NCBI GenBank assembly: GCA_964016885.1
Contig: OZ024740.1
Location: 405,604,001 to 405,668,000, forward strand
Direction of reading: 5' to 3'
From: Eledone cirrhosa
Lineage: Eukaryota
DNA length: 64,000 bases
This document shows, one piece after another, positions 38,370 through 50,777 of the stretch; position 1 is the stretch's first letter, and each line of letters starts with the position of its first letter. The position numbers and the translations under genes are program-made. The notes beneath the pieces were generated by a model that saw nothing but the letters and a program-made list of their open reading frames with translations, had not been told where the DNA came from and searched no databases.

Positions 38370-38515
38370 AGCATAAAGTTACACGCCTTTATGGTCTACG
38401 TTCAAATCCCGTGGAGGTTAACTTTGCCTTTCATCCTTATGGGGTCGATAAAATAAAGTACCAGTAATGCACTGGGATAATTGGTGGCCTTGTGCCAACA
38501 AGTAGAAACAACTAT
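38370..38515 (+). mobile_element. SINE family 1
   Basis: Contains GTTCAAATCCC..GGGGTCGATAAAATAAAGTACC. Confidence 0.8.
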
Positions 38516-39084
38516 TTTATATTATATTAAAAAGTTAATACAAACATTTTTATTCAACAAGAAAATGGTCCGTTTTTTTTTAAAATAGAAAATATTATAT
38601 ATATTTACTTACAAAATATTCCCTCGTAATTTGTATCTAGTCTATGTAATGGGATACACTTTTTTCTTTGTGTGTATGTATGTATATGTGTATTTAGATG
38701 AATTGTGTTTTAGATAAATTCATCAGATGCCGTATTTTCTTGCTTCTGAGTTTGGTTTTTTTTAAAAATAATTAGAGCCATTAGGATTCTCAATAGAGAC
38801 ATTGTATTGTGTAATTAATAACTTGGATTCTTTTGCATGAATTGTACAAAACTCATACAGCTATTCACATACATGCTTGTGGCATACAATAAAGAGTAGA
38901 ATGGAATGGACCTCTGTTGGATTCAGTAGTGAGGGTTCCTGTTGTTCCATTAATGGGACAGCCTGCTAATGAAATTAACATGTAAGTTACTGATCATTCC
39001 ACAGACATATGTACACTTAATGTAATTCTCAGGGAGATTCAGCATGACACAATCATCATCATTTAGCACACACACTCATACACT

Positions 39085-39119
<35 letters not shown>

Positions 39120-40870
39120 ATAATAATAAATTTGAAGACTAAAATCCAAAGAGGGCTCGATAAGGATAAATATATATCAAATATATAAGAACCGTAGAGC
39201 AAATATTTATTAAAATAACAGATTAAAGTTTAAGCAAAGAATCGCTGCTTTCACCCTTAACGGGATCTTCTGAAACTAACAAAGTCAATCTGTAAACGCA
39301 GAAGTGGATATTTCAAAAAACGTTGCAACCGGAAGAAGACAGGAAGACGATACTTTGGTTCGTGGAAATGTTCGCTATGCAAATAAGTAATGGTATAAAC
39401 AAAACATATACTTAGCTCCCACATCAAGACGTAAAATATCCACGTATAGATCGTACTATCCGTTAGGGTATAACGTGGGGCTGTAATACAGGAAAGTTTT
39501 GTGCAATTTATGTTTACAAGCCGAAATTGCCTCAGATTTTTTGTTTAAGATGTGGTCTGTGGCGTAGAGTATTTCCAGGGCCTCAGCGGTGTAGAGGTCA
39601 TATGGTCTTTTATTTCCGTTATACGATCTAGCCCTAGCTAGGATCTCCCAGTGTAACTTATATTGGGTGTGGTTGTCTTTTAGACTCCAGATATAAGCTG
39701 AAAGTGACGTCATATTCTTTCTTAGAGGGTAACGAAAAGAATGGGTATGCATGTAAAGACGCTGCTTGAATCTATTGGCGGTTAACCCTATGTAGGCCCT
39801 ACGGGACGTGGGTGTTACAACCTCATATTTGTAGACAATGTTACTAGAGAGGCATTTCCCGGATAGGGGGCAATCAACCCGATTCCTACAATTACAGTTA
39901 GTACTAACTACAGGGTTGCTAGAGTTCCTACGGCTAGGTAGTTTAGCTAAATTTGAAGCTGAGATGTTATGTGCAAGGTTAGGAGTCGTAGAGTAAGAAA
40001 TATTAATAGTATTTCTATTAAAAACTTTACTATATTTATGTGTAGGGGGAAAATGCTTCGTAATAAGGGAAAGAAAGATCTTAGCTAATGGTGTGGCCAC
40101 CTCCATATTATATGGTGGGTTATACCAACAAATCTGACGGGATCTATTTCTTCTAGGTCTATTCTCGTACTCTGTATATGCTCCTTATCGACAAATCCAC
40201 TTTGAGCAAGAGCTTCATTGTAATAAGTGGAATGGTTGTTGAAAATACGCTCGTTGGTGGAAAGATGGGAAAGCTTCAACGAAACGTTTCTTACCAGGTT
40301 CTTGGTTATGCTGGCAGGATGGTTGGAATGCTTACTTATGTAATTAAGTGTATCATTCGGCTTTCTATACGGGTAATACAACCCATTCGATAAATTGAAG
40401 GTAACGTCGAGGTAATTAACGACCGAGAGATTGGCCTCAACCTGTATAGAGAGGTTGAAGCCTTTAAAGAAGGCTGTGAGTTCTTTTCTGAACCTGTCGC
40501 AAGCACGAGGTCCGCACTTAGTCATGGTCAAAAGACCATCGTCACGGTACAAACCACCGCCCGCGTTGGGGAATTCGGCCTTGATAGAGAAAAGAAGGAA
40601 AAGGCCGATAAGATCAGTAACCTCCGCAGAATCACTGGCGCCCATACTCACGTCGAATGGGGTACTATTGGATTTTTTAATCCAAATAGAGTCGTCAAAA
40701 TTAATCACCGACTTTCGGGCATTGAGGACGACATCAACTTCGAAATCCTTAACCACTGTGAGTGTTTTAGCGAAATTGATAGCTCTAAGAAGTGGTAAAG
40801 TGATGGAGGAGTAGTAATTGTTGATGTCGAATTGGATAAAACGGCAATGTGTATGTCAACCCTGTTCATT
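39120..40870 (-). mobile_element. Penelope-like retroelement (family A): RT C-terminal half, GIY-YIG and 3' region
   Basis: FDVSMGASDSAEV..GLYRDDGL..NYLDVTFNL..YRKPN (40085-40756). CNCR..CPL..NIVYK..AYIGLT..FKQR..H (39456-40106). Confidence 0.9.
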
Positions 40871-40959
40871 ATTTTCATGAACAGGGTTGACATGCACAGC
40901 CGACTTGGAAGTAGTATCACAATTGGCAGGTGTAAAATCTGTCAGCTAGAATTTGTAGA

Positions 40960-41200
40960 TTACATGGTGTTCTGTAACCCAACAGAAGGTGATCTATGAC
41001 TTGCACTTGATAGGTTTAATGCTGAGTGCTGCATGACTGGAATGAAAATTAGAGCTGAGACACTCGTCTTCTCAAGGAAGCCTGCACAGTGCACCCTAAA
41101 AGTGAATGGAGTTCCACTGAAGTAGGTGGAGAAGTTCATGTATCTTGGGGTTGTATTCACGAGTAATGGGAGGCAAGAGGGTGAATATAAGCATAGCATC
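40960..41200 (+). mobile_element. RTE (Expander/Rex3-like) fragment
   Basis: LDRFNAECCMTGMKI..VEKFMYLGVVFTSNG. Confidence 0.6.
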
Positions 41201-41894
41201 TGTAAAAAATGATGGGGTTTATAGATATATAGACAAGTATGTATGTTGTCTGATAGGTAGGTACAAAGATATGTAGATAGGAAGATATGTAGTAGGTTGT
41301 TTGGTATGTATGTCGGTAAATAGATTGGGATGTATGTAGGTAGGTAAGTAAGTAAATAGGCAGACAGGCAAGTATGCAGACAGACAGGTTAAGGTTAGGC
41401 AGATAGGTAAATAAATGTTTTTATTGTCCAAAGATAGATAGACACATAGGTAGGTAGCTATAGATTGCATTGTTTTTCTGCTGACCATCTTGTCAGCACT
41501 TTGTGAAAGAGAGAGGAGTAGGGAGGAAGATATCAAAGGACATACATGCTCAAATTACCTGACAAATCTAGCAAAATGGTTGCCACATGATTCATGTTTT
41601 ATTGTTATGATGTGTGCATATATGTATACAAAGCCTCTAAATACACTCATTTCCTTCTACATAGCCTTGACCCCAAAAAGAAGTAATCTCTCTTTCTTAG
41701 CATTAGGATTGAATTCTGGGAAGAAGAATTTAAACAATTTTCTAGGAAAAACATACATAACAAAGGCAGTGGAAGCATTTCTGAATTAGTAGGGCCAAAT
41801 TTGGTCAATTTAGTTGTAGTGATTAGTTTAGCTCTTTGCATTCAAACATGGTCAGAAAATGCAATTTGACCCCAGTTTCACTACCCCTGCTAAC

Positions 41895-42380
41895 ATATCC
41901 ACTAGCATTCTGTTTATTTCTTTCATAGTAACATTTTTCAGTGCTAAGACTGCTCACTCACAGAGCCATTTGGGATCACATTGTCTGAGCTGAATGTTTG
42001 GAAAGATTCTGGCAATCAGTTCTTGTTCCGTTTTAATGATATACCTAAATGACAACTCTTTGGAGTCATTTTTAAGAAGTCCATTTCACAATTTGAGTAG
42101 CTGGATGGCAAACTCACCACTAACACCTTTATGACCAGTCAAGTGCAGGCATTGATCTGATCTGCTTGAGTCTCTCGAGTTTGTCTGAATTCACCAGCAT
42201 GAACCATTGTCACTCCTCCCATTATGCAAGTATTGTCTCTCAGATTCCTTATTTTCTGATCCAAGGCTTCAATTGCTTGTCTATCGCTCATGGTGGCTTT
42301 GTCCCAAATAATCATCTTGCTTATTTAAAGGAGCTTGCCTTGGATGAGTTCTTAATGTTTCAAAAAGGTTGTTCACGTGG
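41895..42380 (-). mobile_element. Helitron PIF1-type helicase remnant
   Basis: Degenerate MIIWDKATMSDRQAIEALD..MGGVTMVHAGEFRQT (compare the typical IIWDE..GG..LAGDFRQ) and ELIARIFPNI..WLCE*AVLALKN. Confidence 0.75.
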
Positions 42381-42603
42381 TGGAGGTTGTTTTCTTCTAT
42401 ATTTTATTATGTTTTACAATGAACAAAATATCTTTTACTACCATAAATCAGCCAATATTATGTATATTTTGCAGAAATCTTCCATTCAAGATGGACAACA
42501 TGAAAAAGGAAGGTTTGTATACATCTAATTATTTAACATATGTGTGTGTGCATGCATGTATGTGAAGTGAGGCATTTATGTTTGCATTTGTATAAGTATG
42601 TAT

Positions 42604-43935
42604 ATCATCATTTTACGCCCGCTTTTCCCTGCTTGCAAGGGTGGATGGGTTCTATTCAGCACAGCATCTCTCCACTTGTCACGGTCCTTCGTCATCTCCA
42701 CCGTGAGCTTCAGCAATATGAGGTCTGCTCTCACCACCTCCGCCCATGTTTTTCGTGGTCTTCCTCTACTACGTCTTCCTTCAACTGGCATTTCTTCACC
42801 CATCGGTCATCCTCCATGCGCATCACATGTCCATACCACCTCAGTCTCCTCTCTCGCACACTTCTATACCTCTCAGACACACTTTCTCTCTCAACACATC
42901 CATGCTCAGTTGTTCACGTACATTGACATTGCACATCTAACGGAGCATGCTTGCCTCATTTCTCTCCAGCCGTCGCATATCCTCTGCAGTTGCTGCCCAT
43001 GTCTCACTACCATGCAGCATTGCGCACCTCACACAGGCATCATATAACCGGCCTTTCGTACGCAAGAAGAAACCCTTCTTCATCAGCAGCTCCCGAAACT
43101 ACTTCCAACCCGTCCTTATTCTAGATACTTTGGCCTCGACCCCCCCCCCCTTCCCATGCTAATCTGATCACTTAGGTACCGGTAGCTATCAACCACTTCT
43201 ATAGCACCCACCTGCATTTGAAAAATGTGTCTATCAATGCGACTTCTACTGTCAAATTTCCCTGTACATCTACTGCATACATATTTCTCCCTACCTGTTA
43301 GTTTGCCTGTTATCCCACTACATCTCTTGTGTGCCCAAGATATGCATTGTGTACATTTTATAGAATTTATGCCAGTTCCTTTTCTGCATATCGAACATGG
43401 CCATTTCCCTGACGGAATCAGAGTTTTGTCCTCTTTTCTACTCATCAACACTTTTGTCTTAGCTAGGTTCACTCTCAGTCCTCTTGCTTCCAACTGCTGT
43501 TTCCATAGCCAGAATTTATTCTCTAGCTCCTCTACTGATTTTGCTATAAGAACCAGATTGTCAGCATAGAGAAGTTCCCATGGACAGCCAGTCTTAAACT
43601 CCTCTGTTATGGCTTGGAGGATTATAATGAACAAGAGCGGGCTGAGGATCGAACCCTGATGAACTACTTGTATCTGGAATTCCTCACTAAACTCCATTCC
43701 TACCCTGACTTTACTGAGAGTACCTCTGTACAAAACTTGCACTGTCCTCACAAGCCATTCCTCAACACCTAGTTTCCTTAGGGACCACCAGATGACAGAT
43801 CGGGGTACCCTATCAAAGGCCTTCTCTAGGTCAACAAAAGCTAAGTACAGTGGCTTATTCTTCTCCAAGAACCTCTCTTGTAATTGTCTCACTAAGAAGA
43901 GGGCATCTGTTGTACTTTTCCCAGGCACAAAACCA
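42604..43935 (-). mobile_element. RTE LINE (second subfamily), 3' half
   Basis: ORF 43116-43961 has FVDLEKAFDRV, QGSILSP and LYAD. Its tail GCAAGCAGGGAAAAGCGG..ATGAT is distinct from the main family. Confidence 0.9.
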
Positions 43936-44093
43936 TAAATATATATATATATAAAAAACAAAGAGGGTGTAGTAAGATACCAAGTGGACCATAATGCACC
44001 AGAGTACTCAATACTTAAGATGGTAGAGTGGGTAATATGAAAAGAGTCAGGACCCCAATGACTGAGCTCCGGCTGTTTCGACAGCTAGATCTA

Positions 44094-45546
44094 TCATCAT
44101 CATCGTTTAACGTCTATCTTCCACGCTAGCATGGGTTAGACGGGAGTTGTCCCAATTTGAGGCAAGGTTGGTCGGGTGACCGCGTCTTGCTCGTATAGGA
44201 CTGTCTGGCAGGTTTTCTACGGCTGGATGCCCTTCCTAACACCAACCACATTTATAGTGTGGACTGGGAACATTTTACCGTGTTACCTACACGGCCACAT
44301 TACAGTGTGGACTGTGTGTTTTTTTGTCGTGACACCTACACGAGCTCATTTATTTAGGACTGCATGTTGTGGTACCAACATAACTTAACAGAGAAAGGGG
44401 TGGTGTTGGTGGGAGGATGGAGTAGGGGTAGTGGGATGGGGGTGTATATTTGGTTAAGAGGTGCCTATTGACTGTAGGTTTCGCTTTGTACATAGGCAAC
44501 GCGGATGTTCTCTATTACTGCGTGGCGCCAAAGATCTTGGTCCAGTGACATTGTCTTAGAGAGCTGCAAGTGTGTAAGGTCGGAATTTATCAAATCGTCC
44601 CAGGTTTTTCTGGGTCTACCTACTCTGTAACTTCCATCAATTTTGATCGCCCTGCACTTTTCTATACAGCTGTCGTCTTTCATGTGCATCACGTGGCCAT
44701 ACCAACGTAGTCTTCTCTCGAGTAAACAGTATCTGATCCCTCTTATTCCTAATTTCTCACTTAGTTCATTTATGCTTTGCTGTTCACGTATATTACTATT
44801 ACACATCCAGCGTAGCATCCATGCTTTCTTCCTTTCCAGCCTGCGCAGGTCCTCTGCATACAATGCCCATGTCTCATTGCCATGTAACATTGCTGTTCGT
44901 ATACAGGCATCATACAATCTGCTTTTCATTTTTAGAGAGAAACCTTTTCTGGCCAACAGCAGTATAAGCTATCTAAACTTTTTCCATCCTGTTCTGACTC
45001 TGGCTACTGTACTTTTAGAGCACCCTCAACCACTGCTGATTTTGTCACCCAGGTAACGGAAAGTGTCCACTATTTCAATAGAAGGAGCTAGTATCCTGTG
45101 GGCACTTGCTACTTATTGCACCTGAGCATCGGCCACATATAAAATCTACGTTCTTAGATAGCTTACCTGTGATCCCACTACATCTTTTATGTACCCATAG
45201 TTTGCATTTGGGACATAAAATGGAATTTCTACCTACTTCTTTCCTACACACTGAGCATGGCCATTTCCCAGAGGGCACCTGTGCCCTATTTTCCTTTGTA
45301 CATACTAGAACTTTAGTCTTAGACAAGTTAACTTTAAGGCCTTTTGATTCTAGGCCATGCTTCCATGTTTGGAATTTCTTCTCTAGTTCAGCCATAGATT
45401 TAGCTATGAGCGTTAGATCATCTGCATATAGAAGTTCCCATGGGCAGCCGGTCTTGAACTCCTCTGTTATAGCCTGGAGGGCAATAATAAATAGGAGGGG
45501 GCTAAGGACAGAGCCTTGATGAACACCAACTTTTACACTAAATTCT

Positions 45547-45550
<4 letters not shown>
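44094..45550 (-). mobile_element. RTE LINE, 3' half
   Basis: ORFs 44465-44956 and 45075-45395, with a (CAT)n tail. Confidence 0.9.
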
Positions 45551-45584
<34 letters not shown>

Positions 45585-45591
<7 letters not shown>

Positions 45592-45696
45592 AAGTAATTA
45601 AGTCAAATATTTAAAATTTGGCTTTGTTTATTAAAGATGTACTGCTTTAATAAACAAAGCCAAATTTTAAATATTTGACTTAATTACTTTATTTTA
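45585..45696. repeat. perfect 52-bp inverted repeat with an 8-nt spacer
   Basis: 45585-45636 is the exact reverse complement of 45645-45696. The spacer is ATGTACTG. Confidence 0.95.
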
Positions 45697-45821
45697 CATT
45701 ACTCCGGAGTAACCAAACCAACCTGCGTACTTCGTCGAGTGCTCCAATCTGCATACTGAGGTGTCGGTAAACAACCAACATATACTCAAAATTTATATAT
45801 ATATATATATATATATGTATA

Positions 45822-45910
<89 letters not shown>

Positions 45911-45921
45911 ATATATATATT

Positions 45922-46277
45922 TTCTAGGGCGGGTAAAATTCCCGAGATCCATGGACGAGTTCTCTCCAGCGGTCTCTGTCCATCATTATCGCTGCCATGT
46001 CCTGTGTCTCCAACAGACCAGTGTCTGTCCTTAGGGCATCAACATACGTTAACCTTGGTCTTCCTCTTCCAGTGTGTCCATGTAGGGGCTCCCACAGGAA
46101 CACTGAGTGCAATGTCAACTCTGGATGTCGGTGAGCATGTCCAGCTAACCTCTGTATCACTTTTGAGCTGACTTTTGGGAGGCTCCCATACAGCTCTGAG
46201 TTTTTCATCCTCAGTGTATACTGATTAATGTTCAGAACCACAATCAGCATTCTTGTGTAGCACCCATCCACCATCTG
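45922..46277 (-). mobile_element. RTE/RTE-X-type LINE 3' fragment
   Basis: DGCYTRML..ELYG..AGH..RHPE..LWEP.HG..RGRP..YVD.L..DTG. Confidence 0.75.
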
Positions 46278-46302
46278 TATATATATATGTATATATATAT
46301 GT

Positions 46303-46447
46303 ATGGAGGCACATGGCTTAGTGGTTAGAGCATTGGCCTTGCAATCGAAAGGTTGTGAGTTCAATTCTCAGACCGGGTGATGTGTTGTTTCCTTGAGCAA
46401 GACACTTTATTTCACATTGCTCCAGTTCACTCAGCTGTAGAAATGAG
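46303..46447 (+). mobile_element. tRNA-derived SINE (family 2, CORE-like)
   Basis: A box TGGCTTAGTGG, B box GAGTTCAATTC and CCTTGAGCAAGACACTTT. Confidence 0.8.
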
Positions 46448-46887
46448 ATGATAGGGACTGGGTTCCCTATGATTCCACTGCAAAGTGGACGTGTAGGCGC
46501 CACGGCAAAAAAGCATCCACCACTCACTGTAAATGAGGTTGGTGTTAGGAAGGGCATCCAGCTGTAGAAATCAAGCCAGAATCAGTTCCCGTCCCACCCT
46601 TGCAAGCAGGGAAAAGCGGACGTAAAATGAAATGATGATGATGATGAAATGTGTGTATGTATTTATGGCATGTATTAGGTACATTTTTCTTGGCACCAAC
46701 ACTACTACCTTTTATGGTGAACTGGGCACTTTTTGTTGTGGCACCAACACTACCACCTCAGAGAGAGTATTGAATGTTTTTTGTTGAGACCAAAACACTA
46801 CCAACTTACAGGGTGCTTATAGTTGGAAATTGTTGACCCTTCATGGTTCATAGAGGAATTTAAAATTAATAAGAAACAGAATAATGT

Positions 46888-46969
46888 TTCTTCTTCTTCT
46901 TCTTCTTCTTCTTCTCACCACCACCACCACCACCACCACCACCACCACTACCACCACTACTACTACTAT

Positions 46970-47007
<38 letters not shown>
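46888..47007. repeat. compound trinucleotide microsatellite (TTC)n(CAC)n(TAC)n
   Basis: Read directly from the sequence. Confidence 0.95.
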
Positions 47008-47707
47008 ATTCTTGAGAGGGTCGTAGGGGCAGAGATCCTCAAACACTCCTTCCAATGAAATGGAGACTGTAATATACTTCTTAAACAGACCCCTATACCT
47101 AAGACCTGAATGCATTCCTTGTTAACCTGCATATCTACGTTGGCATATTCCTTTTATATTCATATCTGCTAATAGTAATTTGAGTGACATAAAACCAAAA
47201 TGGGACATTAAAAGTTTCATAATAAAGGCACAATAAATAAGAATTTGAGCTTTTAGTTTGAAACAAATCATTTGAATTGAATTGTCAGGCTGGCTGGTGC
47301 AAAACCTCACAACTTAATTCTATTGTAACTGAATGTAGGACACAAGAATAAGGTTTACTTACACAATCAAGTGTTTTTATGTTTAAGTCTAAGGTAGATT
47401 TTACAATATAGTGTGCTAGGGTAAAATTAACACACCCATACTCAAACATTTATACAATATAATCAACAGGATGTTATCAATGTTCATATTATAGGCTGTT
47501 TCATGAGTTATTTTGTGTTCTTGCATACAGGAACACAATGGTGGACACACCTAAAGAATGCAAACTTACCGTTTGTAATATGAACTCTGCATAATGACAT
47601 TGACTCATATCACATATTATATATGCTTGCCACAGCACACATGCACACACGCATGCACATGTACACACGCATACATGCACACACACGCGCACACACACAC
47701 ATATATA

Positions 47708-50630
47708 TCATCATCATGTAAAGTCCATTCTCCATGCTAGCATGGGTAGGATGGGCTGTCCGATTGTAAGAGATTCAGATTGGAGGATCGTGTTTTGCTC
47801 ACCCAGAACTGATTTTGGCTGGATGCCCTTCCTAATGCCAACCACATTTAGTGTGTGTTGGGTGCTTTCTGTTGTGATGCCTACATGACCACTTTACAAT
47901 GTGGGCTGGGTAGTTTCTGTCATGACACCTACATGACCAATTTACAGCCACCTTTTGTTTTGGCTGCAGGATGACTGCTTTATGGTGTGGGTTGGGGACT
48001 TGGGTGAGGTGAAGGTGGGAAAGATACATAGGGAATTAGGGGGGTAGGTATAGGAATGGGATTATTACAACGATGGAGGTGTATGGGTGGTGCATACTAG
48101 ATGTATACCTCAGCTCCTGTATTGGGAGGGCGGGTCTTCTGTATTACTGCATAGCACCAGAGATCATGGTCCTGTGTCATTGAGTTAGAGAGGTGTACTT
48201 ATGCAAGGTCAGCTTTTATCACCTTATCCCAAGTCTTCCTAGGCCTGCCCACTCCATGGCTCCCATCAACATTGAGTGCTCTGCACATTTTTATACAGCT
48301 GTCATCCTTCATAGACATCACATGTCCATACCAACACAATCCCCTTTTCTGCACACTGCATCTGATCCCTCTTCTGCCTAATTTCTCTCACAGTTTGTTT
48401 ATGTTTTGCCATTTGCATATATTACTATTGCACATCCATTGAAGCATGGAGGCTTCAGTTCTTTCCAATTTTCGCAGGTCCTGTGCAACATTGTTGTTTA
48501 TATACATGCATCATACAGTCTGCCTTTCATTTTGAGGAAAAAACCTTTTGTAATTAGCAGCAGTAGTAACTCCTGAACTTTCTCCAACCCATTCTCTCTC
48601 TGGCTACTGTGCTTTTGGAACACCCTCCACCACTGCTAATTTGGTCACCCAGGTAACAGAAATTATCTACCACTTCTACAGAGCCCTCTGGGTATTTGAA
48701 GGAGTTTGTATCCTGAGAGCTGTTGCTACTTACTGCCGCTGTGCACCGGCCACATATAAAACCTACATTCTTTGTTATCCTGCCTGAGACCCCCACTACA
48801 TTTCTTGTGTATCCATAGTTTGCATTTGGGACATAGGATGGAATTTCTACCAACTCCTTTTCTGCACACTCAGCATAGACATTTCTCTGAGGAGATCTGG
48901 GCCCTGTTAACCTTTCTACTTACTAGAACTTTAGTCTTTGCCAAGTTGACTTTAAAACCTTTTGATTCTATGTCATGCTTCCAGCTTTGGAATTTCATCT
49001 CTAATTCAGCTATAAATTCAGTTATAAGGGTTAGGTCATCTGCATACAGGAGTTTCCCTGGGCAGCCAGTCTTAAACTTCTCTGTTATTGCTTGCAAGAT
49101 GATAATAAATAGGAGAGGGCTAAGAACTGAGCCTTGATGGACACCAACCTGCATGCTAAATTCTTCACTATAGTCATTGTTAATTCTGACCTTGCTGACT
49201 GTTCCTCTATACATGGCTTGTACTGCCCTCACAAGCCACTAATCTACACTTAGTTTTCTCAGAGCCCACCAGATAATGGAATGGAGTACTCTGTCAAGGG
49301 GTTTACTTTTAGCTAAGTACTTCTCTTGCAGTTGTCTTACAAGGAAGAGGGCATCTGTGGTACTTTAACCTGGTGCAAATCCAAACGGCATTTCATCTAG
49401 GTTCCCTAATCAGCTGTGCTATAATTCTTTCTGTGACCTTCATATCCTGGTCAACCAACTTAATGCCTCTATAGTTTTCTTTATTTAGAACATCACCTTT
49501 GCCCTTGTATCAGTTGACGATGATGCTGCTACGCCAGTCATTGGATATGACACCATCTTGTATAACTTGGTTTACAGTGCGGGAGACTATAGTGTGGCCC
49601 ACCATTCCTGATGTTTTCAGCATCTCAGCAACTATCCCGATTTACGGATTTATGTTCAAAAACATTTCTTTGTATACAAATCTTCAAACATATTTCTTCA
49701 AAATCAGATACTTCGAAGTGTATTCACTTCAAAAGTATTTTACTCAGAAAATCAAAACATCAAAAAGTTAGTTTCATACACCTTCTTTGAATACAAGAAT
49801 GGGCAATAATCTGTATAAAAGGGTAATCAAAACCCTAACTCTTGCTTGTTTTCTGAAATAAGTCAGAAATTGCTGATTCAAAGTAATTGGCCTGTCGAAG
49901 GTATTCAACGAATGTAAACTCGGCTGAAGAAGAAGAAGGTATTCTACTACAAAGTTTTTGCTTGTCGAAGATATCTTACTTTGAAGAATTTTTTTGGAAG
50001 ATCTGTTTTTGAAGAAATGTTTTCAAAGAATAGTCCATTAGTAAACTATCCCTGAAGGTCCAGCTGCCCTGCCTGATTTAATATCCTTGATTGCCTCACT
50101 TACTTTACTATTGCTGACTTGTACAGATAGTCCATCTGTTGGGTCGACATGGGGCAAACTATTTTCTTCCCATGCATTCTCCTCATTCAGTAATCTTTCA
50201 TAGTGGTACTTCTTTTCAGCGTCAGTGAGGGCAGTTTGCTGTAGTCATTTCGGACACATTTCTCCACACCAACATCACAATTTTCCCGGACACATAGTCT
50301 TGCAATCCTGAACACCTCATGTCTTTGATCCTCGTGCTACAAAACATGCTTAAATTTTTTGTTTGCTGCTTCCCTTCTTGCAAAGTATATTTATTGCCTA
50401 GCTTCTCTCCTGGCATTCTGGTAGACTTCTCTACTATCTCCATTTTGACAATCCTTCCAAGCCTGTCATCAACCTTACTATTCCACCACCAAGTCACTCT
50501 CCATCTCCAAGAGACCTACTCTGACCACAGATTTCATTTGTCACCTTCAGTAGGTTATCTTCCAGGCACTCCCCCTGCTCCTCTATATCATATGTCTCTA
50601 TTTGCTCTCCTTTACTGTCGAATGCATCAA
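47708..50630 (-). mobile_element. degenerate RTE LINE containing a MITE
   Basis: WWWNSKVD, AGPSGIVAEM, NYRGIKL, GVHQGSVLSP and LYADD motifs, with a (CAT)n tail. Confidence 0.88.
49639..50043. mobile_element. MITE with a 9-bp TSD (Mutator/foldback-like)
   Basis: TSD AACTATCCC at 49630 and 50044. Imperfect TIRs of about 80 bp are built from TTCTTCAAA-type subrepeats. Removing the element restores the RTE codons GPSGIVAEM. Confidence 0.8.
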
Positions 50631-50777
50631 TCAACAGACTTAATTTGTTACTGGTTGTCTAGTTTTGTTTTAGATTCATGTTACAGATAAATGGGTCATA
50701 TGTATATGTGTGTGTGTGTGTATACATATATATATATACATACACACACACACGCACACAGACACACACATATATAT

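Noticed and set aside
45698-45745. Hammerhead on the minus strand (CTCGACGA..ACTCCGGAGTA)
   Set aside because: GAAA is missing and stem I is poor. At most it is a relic.
46303-46375. tRNA gene
   Set aside because: The tRNA-like head runs directly into a SINE body and the acceptor stem is imperfect.
47565-47610. Minus-strand mini-exon MSQCHYAEFILQT/GTAAGT
   Set aside because: I found no compatible downstream exon or homology. A donor alone is insufficient.
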